Below, piece by piece: positions 47,567 through 58,321 of a stretch of 64,000 bases of DNA. The translations under genes were made by a program, and so were the position numbers. The notes below the pieces were generated by a model. The model made no database searches. It was not told where the DNA came from and worked only from the letters and a program-made list of their open reading frames with translations. How positions within the stretch are numbered: position 1 is the first letter of the stretch; every line of letters starts with the position of its first letter. Source of the DNA: Pseudogymnoascus verrucosus (taxonomy: Eukaryota); the NCBI GenBank assembly GCA_001662655.1, contig KV460252.1. One strand, 5' to 3'.

Positions 47567-49069
47567 CTATGCAACCCACCCATCAGGCCCAACCATGAAC
47601 CACACCGCTACACCAACGAGAGCGCACATGCCTGCCGTTAGCATACCAGCCGCCGCTCTCCCCGCAGTTGTCACCTCGATCGACCCTCGAACCTTGGCCG
47701 CAGTATCCACCGAGTCACCATAATCACCTATCGATGTGCCACCCGTCTTGTTAGTAACCAGGTCTCTTGCGCCAGTCACCAGCAGCGAACCCATAACATC
47801 CATGGCACCCATCTGCTGGCCGACTCCCTCACGGCCGTCCGTGGTACCCTCGTACCAGCGCAGGCCGCATGCAGCCCCAACGGCCCCAGGTATGCATTGG
47901 TTTGCAGCGGCGACGGCTGATGAGGTGAGGAGGGCCATGATTCTCGGGGCGAGGGAGGGGATGAGACGGGAGGTGGCGCCCATCCAGCGGGAGAGGTAGG
48001 CCTTGAAGGACATTTGATCGATGTTACAGAGGGGCTCGCCAGGGCTGGCCTCACAGGGCTCGTACATAATACCTGTGTCCTTCCAGAAGAACTGGGTGCT
48101 TGCCTTGTTGAAGATGCGAGTAGAGCGCTCGAGCCACAACTCCGAGTTGTTGGTCTGCGTGTATGTGTTAGCGGGGATGTTCGGTGGGTGAGGACAGGGA
48201 TAAATGCGGGACATACAAATTTATACATATTCGCAGCGCCGTGCAGCCAGATGCCTGCGTTATAGGACCACTGGGTGTGATCCAGCTCCGTGCAATTCAA
48301 GAGATCGCTGCTACCATCAAACACGTCTCCCTTCTCGTTGATGAGACCGACCGACTCGACCCAATCCCACGTCTTCTCCGCCCACTCCGCATATGTCGCG
48401 TTGCCGGTGTAGACCGCGAGCCTGCTCGCAATGTTGAACATGGCACCGTTACTGATGCTGTTCTTATAGTCGTACCCCTTGTTGAAGACATAGACCTGCC
48501 ACTTCAGGCCGCCACCGCACGTTTCCGTGTCCCAGCGACCCGACTGCAAGCTGAAGACGGCCTGTGCTAGCGCGAGCCACTGCGGCTGGTCCTTGGGAGG
48601 GTTCTGAAAGTTGCGCTCAGCGGCCATCATGGCTGTCATACCCCAGAAACCTTGATCGTCATTACCCATAGATTTGGATGCGTTGATGGGCATGTAGTTG
48701 CGGTCGTCGCCGGCCTGGTGCACCAAGGCTTGCTCGACAATGTCGTTATAGGTCGTGTCGTTTGTGTAGTACCAGTAGTCTATCATGGCTCCGAACATAG
48801 CTCCTGCTTCCCACCAGTAGTATGGATCCGGCAGGTAGCCTGGCGTGTCGCCGGGCTTGTAACCGGTGTAGAATGACATCAACTTCTTAGCCACCTCGCC
48901 CGTGGCAGCTTTGATGGAAGCTGGAAGAACCGTTAGCACTGCGCAAGATATGAGAGACGTAGGAAAGAGCAGTACCAGGAGAGGCGGGGTCAAATTCAAT
49001 GGCAGTGGCCAGTTGAGCGCCACCAAGGCAAGCTGCTGCCGCAAAGCGCGCGACGCTCCATAACTTCAT
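47567..49069 (-). CDS. DCW1: GH76 alpha-1,6-mannanase/transglycosidase, Dcw1/Dfg5 family, GPI-anchored
   Basis: Signal peptide; [12 protein letters not shown]; catalytic [43 protein letters not shown]-terminal GPI-type signal [13 protein letters not shown]. 3 exons. Confidence 0.93.
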
Positions 49070-50585
49070 GATGGGCGGATGCGCGAGTATGTATGTTGAG
49101 AAGAAGAGCTAATAGGTACAGGAAGATCGAGGCCGTATGGGTCGGAAGATTCGGGTTCACAGGCAGCTTCGGTCAACACAGCATTGTCGTCACAACAGAG
49201 TCTTGGGGCAAATGTCGCAAAGATATCGTACAGCGAGCGAGTTCACGTAGTCGCAGGAGCAAGAGCCCAAAGGAGCCAGGGTATAAAGGAATGAGAAAAC
49301 ACAGCGAAAGTCAGGAACGAGCGAGAGATGAGATGACGTTGGTATGGCAGTATGAAGGAACAGAGAGTAAGAGAGGTCCAAGTCCAAACCTGACGACGAC
49401 GACACAAACACACACCCTCGATCGCCAAGGCGCGGCATTGCTGGGCTGGTGGTTGTGCCGCGTATGGATAGGGTACTGTATCGCAAATAGCGATACGGCC
49501 TCGTATGGGCTGCACATTTGGGGCACTAGAAGGCCAGCCAAGAGGCACAAGATGAACCATGGGAGTCTTGTGCACACGCACTGGAGTAAGGGGATGGGGT
49601 TGGGAGTTTGATGAGTGTGCAGGAATAGCGAGTGTGGATACTTGCCCTTGGTGGAAGTAATAGGAGTAATTGGTCTCACGGAGAGTAGCCAAGAAGGCCA
49701 AGAGAAAGGGTGGACATTCGCTGGCCGAGACGGGTTAGAAGAGAGGATGCTTATGAAGAGAAGAAACAGAAGAAGATGAGTTTTAGCATGAGTCGGTTGA
49801 GAGTAGATGCGTGGTTGTTATATTCTCTATAGAGTCGAATATAGATAAAGAGTTGACCGATTGACGTCTGGAGAAGATCTCTGGCTCGCTGTCAGAAGAA
49901 AAGATGTGCGGTCGCGACTTCCATAAACGCTCGCTTGGCGCTAATTGCCCAAAGCTTGGCTGTTCCATATCTGCACCCATGGACATGTAAAACAACCAGA
50001 GCATCAGCACAGAGTCGAAGATTCCAGGCGGTAAAGGTAGGAAGTTCAGTGGAGTCCAGTGCATAATCAGCGGAGAGCAGTGTATTCCGGTGCCAAGATC
50101 AAGATTATCACCGAGTCGTCGTGGGCAGCGAGGCTGAGCTGATAGTACGAACCACTACTTTGTGTGAACCGAGCACGTTAGAGGAGGCTGAGCCTCGTGT
50201 TGTGTGTAGTTAGCGCTTAGTGCGTGTCTCCAACACGAATAGGGACATTGGCATCGCTTCAGTCTGGAATAGATGGTATGGTCGTGTGTGGTTCATTCAG
50301 TGAAGTATTATATTACAGTTTATCATCGCCGGTGTTCCGTCTATTGCAAACTGCCCAGGTTGCTGGAGAGAAGTGATGGGGGATCACGTGGTCACCTGTC
50401 GAGCACTCCCCGAGAGGAGCTTCAGCGAACACAGAACACTGATTACAAACATAGGCTTCGAATAGGCTTCATAGAATGCAGAGCGGAGATTCTACAGATC
50501 ACATCATACTTCCCATGCCGACGTTGTGCTCATACCTCCGCCAAGGTCGCTGAGAGACACCCATTTGAGACCAAAATGATCACGG

Positions 50586-50620
50586 CACAACACAACACAA
50601 ACACAACACAACACAAACAC
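50586..50620. repeat. (ACACA)n low-complexity pentanucleotide repeat
   Basis: cacaacacaacacaaacacaacacaacacaaacac. Confidence 0.8.
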
Positions 50621-50786
50621 GCCAAATTAAATATAAGATAGTAATGTCATTTAGATACTATAAACCTGCCAACATACATACACATCCATGCATATAATTA
50701 CAGATACCCTCTCGCTTTTAATCCGGGTATCACCAGAACCTCCTCCCGCTGCCCAGTCCCCCCCTTTCCAGCCGACTCTAACCAGT

Positions 50787-52534
50787 CTACAACTTCATTC
50801 CCAGAATCTCGTGCACCTTCAGTGCCTGCCTGATGCTTAGATCCAACATGATCTCCTCGCTACCACCTGGGATGGCGTACGCACGCACATCACGGTACAG
50901 ACGCTCGATCTTGCCGCCCTGGCCACCACGGCTGTACGACAGACCACCGAAGATCTGACTGGCCTCGCGGGCGCAGTACTCGAAAGTGACGGTGCTCTGG
51001 GCCTTGAGACTGGCAATGGCGCCACCAAGCTTGAGCATGGCCTCGGTCTGGTCCATGCGCTGGCACTGGAAGATGAGGTTCTCGAGCCACGCGTACGAGG
51101 CCTCGATCTGGCGCGCCATGTGCGCGAGCTTGAGGCGGATGACGGGGTGCTTGATGAGGGGCACGCCGAAGGTGCGGCGCTTGTGGGCGTACGAGACACA
51201 CTCGGAGTAGCAGACACGCGAGAAGCGGATGCACTGGATGATGATGCCGATGCGCTCGTGGTTGAAGTTGGTCATGATGACCTTGAAGCCCTGGTTCTCC
51301 TTGCCGATCAGGTTCTCGACGGGGACCTTGACGTCCTCGAAGGTGATGTAGGTAGTTCCCGAGGACCAGACACCCTGGCAGTCCATGCGGCGAGTTGTAA
51401 CGCCACCAGCCTCGCGCTCAATGAGCAGCACACTGAGTCCGTTCATGCCGGGTTTGCCGGTACGGACGGCAACGGTGAAGTAGTCGGACCAGATACCGTT
51501 GGTGATCCACTTCTTCTCACCGTTGACGATGTAGTGCTTGCCATCCTCGGAGAGCTTGGCCTCGCAGCCCAAGCTTGCAACGTCGGATCCTGCGTCGGGC
51601 TCGGTGATGGCGAGGCAGACGCGCTTGTCACCGTTGAGGATGCCAGGGAGAATGCGCTTCTTCAGGGCTTCTGAGCCGAAGTGCATGATAGGTGGGCAAC
51701 CGATACCGAAACCTCCAATGACGTTCCAGACGAAACCTCCGGAAGCGGCACGAGACAACTCGTCGGTGACAATCAGCTCGTGGAAGAGATCCCACTGCTC
51801 AGGGGCAACGGAGGCGACGCGGTTGTTAGTGTATTCGGTAGGGAAGTTGTCCGAACCCATCAGGCCGGCCAGGTATCCGCGAGTGCCCATCTCCTTGTAG
51901 ATGGCCTCAGGGACCTCCTTGGCCTCGTCCCATTCAGTCACGAATGGCTCAATCTTCTCCTCAACGAAGGCGCGGATCTCGGCGCGCAGAGCAACGTGGG
52001 TCTCGTTGTGGTATGGGGAGTGGTACTGTAAATTTCGTTAGTGTGATGTTTGGGATTGGTTGGTGAGCTGCGACTACGTACAGTCTGATACCACGATGGG
52101 TCAGCGTATGGGATCATGTCGCCAAACTCCTCCAAAGGCTCGAATTGCGATTTGTCGGCCTTGGCGATGGGAGCGGATGTGGCAACCGGCGCAGCTGCTG
52201 GTGCTGGTGCTGGAGGAGGTGGTGGAGGTGCTTCGGACTTCTTGGTATCCAAAGATCCAACCTGGAGCTTGGCCTTGTACTTCTTGAGAATACCGGCTGT
52301 TATTCGTCAGTATTTGCACGATAGTGAAGAGGTGAGCTGTGCCATCATACCATTGTGATACTTCCAGAACTGCTTGGAGGCGTCCTTTCCGGCGACCCTG
52401 GTGAGGATCTTCTTTCCACCTGGGTGGTCGTCCTGGAACTTGGTCAGGTCGTAGACATCCTCGTCGACGATGATGAACAGGTCGCTGGGGGAGTTATGCG
52501 CCGCAACATCGGCGGTGGTGAAGGTTTTCGACAT
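50787..52534 (-). CDS. Cytochrome b5-domain / acyl-CoA dehydrogenase fusion protein, 3 exons
   Basis: Cyt b5 part: VYDLTKFQDDHPGG..GKDASKQFWKYH. ACAD part: CLAITEPDAGSDVA, NGEKKWITNG, NFNHERIG, QIFGGLSYSRGG and AIPGGSEEIM. Ends ..GMKL. Confidence 0.93.
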
Positions 52535-52685
52535 TTTGTCGTTGTGTGGTATAATCGCTACAGGTCTAACAAAAAAAAACTTTCCCGAAATGAAGGAAAG
52601 TCTATTAGAGAACAGATAGCGGTATAGAGAGAGAAGAAAGGAAAAAAAGAAGCGGTCCGGAATGGGGTTTATTCATATATGAGGG

Positions 52686-52691
52686 CCTCGG
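52686..52691. promoter_or_regulatory. FarA/FarB-type CCTCGG element upstream of the acyl-CoA dehydrogenase
   Basis: CCTCGG about 150 bp upstream of the ATG, with a second copy at about 53084. CCTCGG is the established fatty-acid induction element in Aspergillus. A hexamer can also occur by chance. Confidence 0.45.
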
Positions 52692-53658
52692 CGGAAACAC
52701 AAGGTAATCGTCAGCGCTGGTGTGGCTTTCACATGCTCTCATGACCCCACAGTGCGGAGTTTATAACAGGGATTCCCCCCCGCATTTAAGTTTTGCCGTC
52801 CCCGGATTCTGGTTGCATCACATGGCGGATTACGTCGTTATGTTCACAGTATCGTCATCATGTGATCAGGATTGGCTTGTGGGCTGCATAAAAGTGAAAA
52901 TCGAGTGTAATCACGTGTAATAGCAGGCTTCTTATTGGCGCAGGATGAGTTTCATAAATAGAAATTTGATGTTTATGCTTTATTGGGACCCTCCGACACA
53001 ATTCTGGCATGTGAATGCTTCTCTTCATACTTAGGCCCGTATGGACTACACTAAAGCTGATGCGGACTAGTCCATCATCAATGCCTCGGCAGACGGTGTA
53101 TTTTCCAATACCTTTCCTCTCAAATGTTAACAAATGCCAACAAGTCTCACTGAATCGTGCAGACGAGGCTACGACTAAATCAAGCAACTCCCGCGAAATA
53201 TATGGGGATTGTCTCCAGTCTTCATTTCCGTTAGAGTACTTCGAACAATGCGTGCGGGGGAATAGCCAGTTACCCCATCTCCCCCAGCTTCCATCGCGGA
53301 AAGGGGCATAGCGTCACTGAGTCCAGAGTTCGACGCGAAGCTCAACGCGTCTAAATGGTGTCTATTTTCTGTCTATTTAGGTTACTCCCCATCACGACTT
53401 GCGGTTAACAACGCGAACCCTATCACCGCCACCACGAACAGGAGATGCCCCATCATGGCCCCAAAATTTAGCCAGCTGCGCGTCCCCGCCCTTCCCATCC
53501 CCACACCGCGCGCCGTCCTACGGGCCTCGCCGCCTCTTGCCGCACTCACGAAAGCCTCCCTCTCGAACCGTCACCATATCCGCGTGCTGCTCTCGCTGTT
53601 CGCGTCGCGGAACCTGCTGAAGTCGCTGCTCACGTTTCGGCCGGTTAATCGCAAGACT

Positions 53659-54805
53659 CTAAAACCAGGAGTTCCAATCTGGAAAATGCTTCTCCAGGCG
53701 CTCTGGGTGGCTGTCTGGCCAGGTCTGTTCCAGGGTCTGGCGAAGCTCATCATAAAGGACCCGATAGGCGGGAGGGTTGAAGTGGAGGCCTGTCAGGAGG
53801 TTGTTAGCGATGGGGATTGGGATGGTGGTGTTGAGGTGGAGGTTCCGGCGGGATGACGGGATGAGCAGGAAGGACAAAATTATACACACCATCGGAGAGC
53901 AACTCAGCAAAGGCGGGATTCTTATCCGTTTTCAAACTGCCGGGGAGCACGCCCTCGCCGCTCCACCCTGTCCGCGCCATCAACGCGCTCCACAGGTCAC
54001 AAACGACAACTTCTCGCCCTTCTGCTCTCAGCGCCTCTCCGACGGCCTTTCCAGCTTCGGCGTACGCCCGGGCTTTCTCGGCACTGCGACCGCGGTCAAC
54101 ACGTCCGTCAGAGCGCGTCTCCTCGGCGAGCTGATACTCGTCCACGGGTGGGGTGGTGATAATGACAATGCGTGGGTTGTGCGCGAGAAGGAGGGGGTGG
54201 GAGAGAATGGCAAGGAGGTTCTCGCGGTAGGTTTGGAGGGGAACGTGTTGGTGGCTGACGCCGCCGAGGTGACAGGAGTCGTTGGCACCGAAGAAGAGGG
54301 TCTAGTTGGGGGTTAGTGGGGGTTTGAATGGATGGCGGGAGAAATACCATGTAGTCGATTTTGGCGGTGGTGGGGGGAGGGAAGATGTATTCGATTATGG
54401 CAAGAGCTTGGTCGGTGTTGTATCCACTGGAGGGGTTGGCAACGGACGTGCTGGTGATTGGGAGACATACCTAAGCCCGCGGTCCACAACGTCTAGGCGG
54501 CGCATATAGTCTGTAGCATACAAGTCAGCTGGACTGATGAAAGCAATGTCTACTCGAGCGTCCAAGTTTGCTCCCACGCGTGACTAGATTATGGATGCGT
54601 ACCATGAGCCAGCTGAGCGCCCAGAGCAAATCCTTTGTTCTGGTCAAAGGCGCCCTGGGTGATGGAGTCACCAAAGAGGAGGAATTGCTTGTACGGGAGC
54701 TGGATATTATTAGCTTGTTAATTTAATTCTATATGAGAATGGCCTCGAACGAACCGTAGGAGCCGCAGCAAGAATTTCCTTTGCAGGAGCCTTGAAAGCG
54801 ACCAT
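53659..54805 (-). CDS. IAH1: SGNH/GDSL esterase, Iah1 (isoamyl acetate-hydrolysing) family, 6 exons
   Basis: Manual splicing gives MVAFKAPAKEILAAAPT|LPYKQFLLFGDSITQ..|DYMRRLDVVDRGL|SGYNT..|TLFFGANDS..ITTPPVDE..LLSD|GLHFNP..FPDW. GDS, G, GAND and DGLH blocks are intact. Confidence 0.88.
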
Positions 54806-56880
54806 GTTGGCGATCTCAGATATGAGTGCGGGGAAAGGGATAGATTAGCCGTGGGTTTCTTCAACGATACCAGAGGGCGAGGGGGAATTATTGAAGAGGA
54901 GTAAGTGATAGGGTTCTGGGAATAGGAAGCAGAGATATATGTACAGCCAGTATGTTTGCTGGCCAGAAGTTTGAGAGAAATGTTTGTCAGAGAAGGTGTG
55001 CACACAGTATCACAGTTATCGGTCTGGAGGTTAGAAGGTAGAGGGGTTGATTGATACTCGCTCGCCATTTCGGACCAAGTTGGTCCGCCAAACGGAGGAA
55101 TAGTGCATCCGACATCGCATTAATCCATCTTCACATTCCCCATACGCACAAATTATACTATAAGAATTGTGATCTTATAAAGCATAAGATTACAATTCCC
55201 CATTTCCACAAAAAGGAGGCTTAGGAGGCTTTCCCACAAAGATCATCGCTGGATCCGCAATGTTTCTTCCATCTCGCGTGCGCCGACAGGGGTAAATTGT
55301 TCCATTGGCCTTCTTTTTTGGCTTTTTTGGAAGGGTCTCAGGTGGGCTGAGTAAGCGATATTAGCAAAGTCTGAAAAAAGGGCGAAAAGGGAAAAAGGGA
55401 CGGTTTGATCGGCAGCGTGGACCCCTATACGGTACGCTGAAACCGACGCCTTGGGGCCTTTTAAGCCCTTCAAGATCCCTATAATTTCGGGCCACAGAAG
55501 GTAATTGGGGAAATGACTTGGCGCGTCTGTTTTGGGGACGGGATTGAACTAGATGCGGCTTCTAGAGCGACCAAATGGGTCTGCGACTGCGACGAAGCTC
55601 CATGTGGATATGCACTCCGGCGAGTTTGAAGCTGACTGACGGGTGAGTTGACAGGACAGCAGCTAGTCCTGCCGTCGAGCACAAAAGACAGAAGAGAGGA
55701 CAGGACTGTGCTTTTTCTGCTCCGAGACAGCAAGGCGACGCACGGCGATAGGGTAGTTGTGGTAGTCCTGCTTGTTGTGTTAGTCCTGCTAGTTGAGCTG
55801 GTGCTGTATCGCACCTGTCATGGCATTGCAAATCATCGCGACAGGCTCTAAGACCGGACACCCCGAATGTCTCACAAAAGGGGCATATATATGAATAGCT
55901 ATGGAGACTGAGACTCTAGAAAATGACGCCGGCGGGACAAGCTCTGTATAACATCCGTATAACATCCGGTAGTAAATGGTAAACAAATAGATAAAATAGC
56001 TGAGCTAGGCCCAGAGCTGAACCCAGAGCCTAAACCAACACAGCAATTGTCATCAACATAGCATATATTACCATACCCAGGTCTTATGCACATGCAGCCT
56101 CACATTCCTCATCACAATCACATTCTTCTCCTCTCGTCCCCCAATCCCCCACGCTCATCTCCGGGGACGCACGTTCTTATCCCCTACATTCCTTTCCACA
56201 TCGCCTTCGATTGTGGGCGTCGTTCCCCCCTGTGTGACGACCCTTACTACTACCCCCTCTATCCCGTCTCCAACGCGACCAGTCAACTCTCCCACCTCTT
56301 GAATCCCACGATCTCCATCACACCTTTCACTTCGCATTTTACCCGCCCTGCTGCACACAATCGCACGGCCACCAACAAATATACCACAGGACGAAACGCG
56401 ACAAACACACCCGAATTAGCCAGCCCAACGAGGATCTGGCCAGCCTAACTAACCAAGGCGCCACTGTCAGCTGCTTGTCTGTGGTCATAAGCTCGGCATA
56501 CTGCAGCGACCGGCGCCACGCTACTGCACTGCACGCACAGTACCTGACAGAAACCCCTTCGACGACGATCTCAGCGCGCGGCCAACACACATCGCGAGAA
56601 CGACGGCGACGAGCCATTGATCGAGACGAGTGTCTGTGATTGCGACCGCAGTGGCTACGATTTGGCCTGTCGACTGTTTACACGACTGTCACGAGCCAGC
56701 GCGGAACGAGCTACATATATAGCCGGCACAGGCTACGACCACAACAACACGATCTTTCGCCCATAAACACCACGAAATACTCGAACATTGAACAGCCAGC
56801 GCCGCCCACAACGCGGGCGGTTCGCCCAGCACCTCCATCCTCACGCCCATCTCGGTAGCAGCCTGTAATCTCGACCCACG

Positions 56881-57912
56881 ATGACCGGCCCGGCCCCCTC
56901 CCCACAACCCATCGCCATAACACTGTTCGGCGCGGGCGGGAGCGGCAAGTCGTCGCTAACGCTATCACTCGTCCGCAATGCCTTCACCTCGACATACGAC
57001 CCGACGATCGAAGACAGCTACAGCATAACACGGCGGGTGGACGGCGTGGAGTATGTGATTACCATCACGGACACGGCAGGGCAGGAGGAATACCGCGGGC
57101 TGTGGGCGCAGGAGGCGCTGCATGCGGATGGGTTCGTGCTGGTGTACGACATTACGAGCCGACGGAGTCTGGAGGCGTTGGGGTGGTTTGAGGCGCTGGT
57201 GCGGGTGGAAGGGGAGTGTCGGGAGGAGAGGGCAGAGACGGCGCTTCGGCGGCGGATCGAGGGCAGTGAGCCGCTGACAAGGAGTACAACGCGGGTGGGT
57301 CGGTCGAGGCGTGGCACCGGGACGACGATCGTGAGCGAGGCGTCGGAGTTGAAGCCCGTCAAGATTGTGGCGGGGAACAAGGTTGACCTGGCGAGTTCTC
57401 GGCGGGTGCCGGCTCGAGAGGGTCTGGAATGGGCGCGGCGGCATGGGTGCGGGTTCATGGAGACGAGCGCGCGGGAGCGAGTGAATGTTGAGGAGACGTT
57501 TGGACTGATTGTGCGAAGAGTGGTGGAGGCGCGGAGGGAGGAAGAGCAGCAACGACTGGAGGAGGAGTATGCGAGGGCTACTCAAGAGAGGGAGATCCGC
57601 GGGGATAACAGACGATATACAGTCGACTGGACGGAAGAGAGTCTACGTTATCAGCGCGAGCAGGCGAGGCGACATGAGAAGGAGAAGATGGAGCAAATGC
57701 CGAGGAGGGATGCCGGGAGGAGCGGGCAGAGTCAAGAGCAGCGCGAGAAGAAGGTGCGGAGGAGGAAGTCGGAGGCAGGTGTTGGTGTGAGACATGCCGT
57801 GACGGCGCCGTTGAGCCCTCTTGAGATTGAAGGAAAGCGGATGAGGCTGCCAATACCACAAGGGGATATTGGGCCCCCGAAGAAGGGCTGGGCTTGGTTA
57901 AGGTGTTGGTGA
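56881..57912 (+). CDS. Ras-family small GTPase with inserts and a C-terminal -RCW (non-CAAX)
   Basis: G1 GAGGSGKS, G2 YDPTIEDSY, G3 DTAGQEEY, G4 NKVD, G5 ETSA. Intronless, 343 aa. Confidence 0.92.
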   Translation: MTGPAPSPQPIAITLFGAGGSGKSSLTLSLVRNAFTSTYDPTIEDSYSITRRVDGVEYVITITDTAGQEEYRGLWAQEALHADGFVLVYDITSRRSLEALGWFEALVRVEGECREERAETALRRRIEGSEPLTRSTTRVGRSRRGTGTTIVSEASELKPVKIVAGNKVDLASSRRVPAREGLEWARRHGCGFMETSARERVNVEETFGLIVRRVVEARREEEQQRLEEEYARATQEREIRGDNRRYTVDWTEESLRYQREQARRHEKEKMEQMPRRDAGRSGQSQEQREKKVRRRKSEAGVGVRHAVTAPLSPLEIEGKRMRLPIPQGDIGPPKKGWAWLRCW

Positions 57913-58321
57913 GCCGGAGTTGATTTTTGCACCATTTACTTTCTGTTGTATACCATGAGCCGGACGACCAGTGGCATTGAGCGTTTTACGAGCGTAGCGG
58001 CTGGTGTCTGATTCCACCTTTTACTGATCTAGGCATCGTTTTATTTTATTTTGGGGGTTTCATGTTGGATAAGCGGGTTTGTCGGGAAGGCATGGTTGTG
58101 TAAGAATTACTTGGATATTTTGGATTGAAGGAAAAGGAAAGGGAGTTTGTTGGCTGTCTTTTGCAGGGTGTACGAAAAAAAAGTTGGGAAGATATGACAG
58201 GCGAAACAGGACGATGTAGAAGGTAAATAGATATGAGTCAGGGCTTCAAGGCCATTAGAGAGAGAGAAAGGCATTTGCGGATTAATATGAAAACATTGAC
58301 TTCATAGGTATAACTGCCAGT

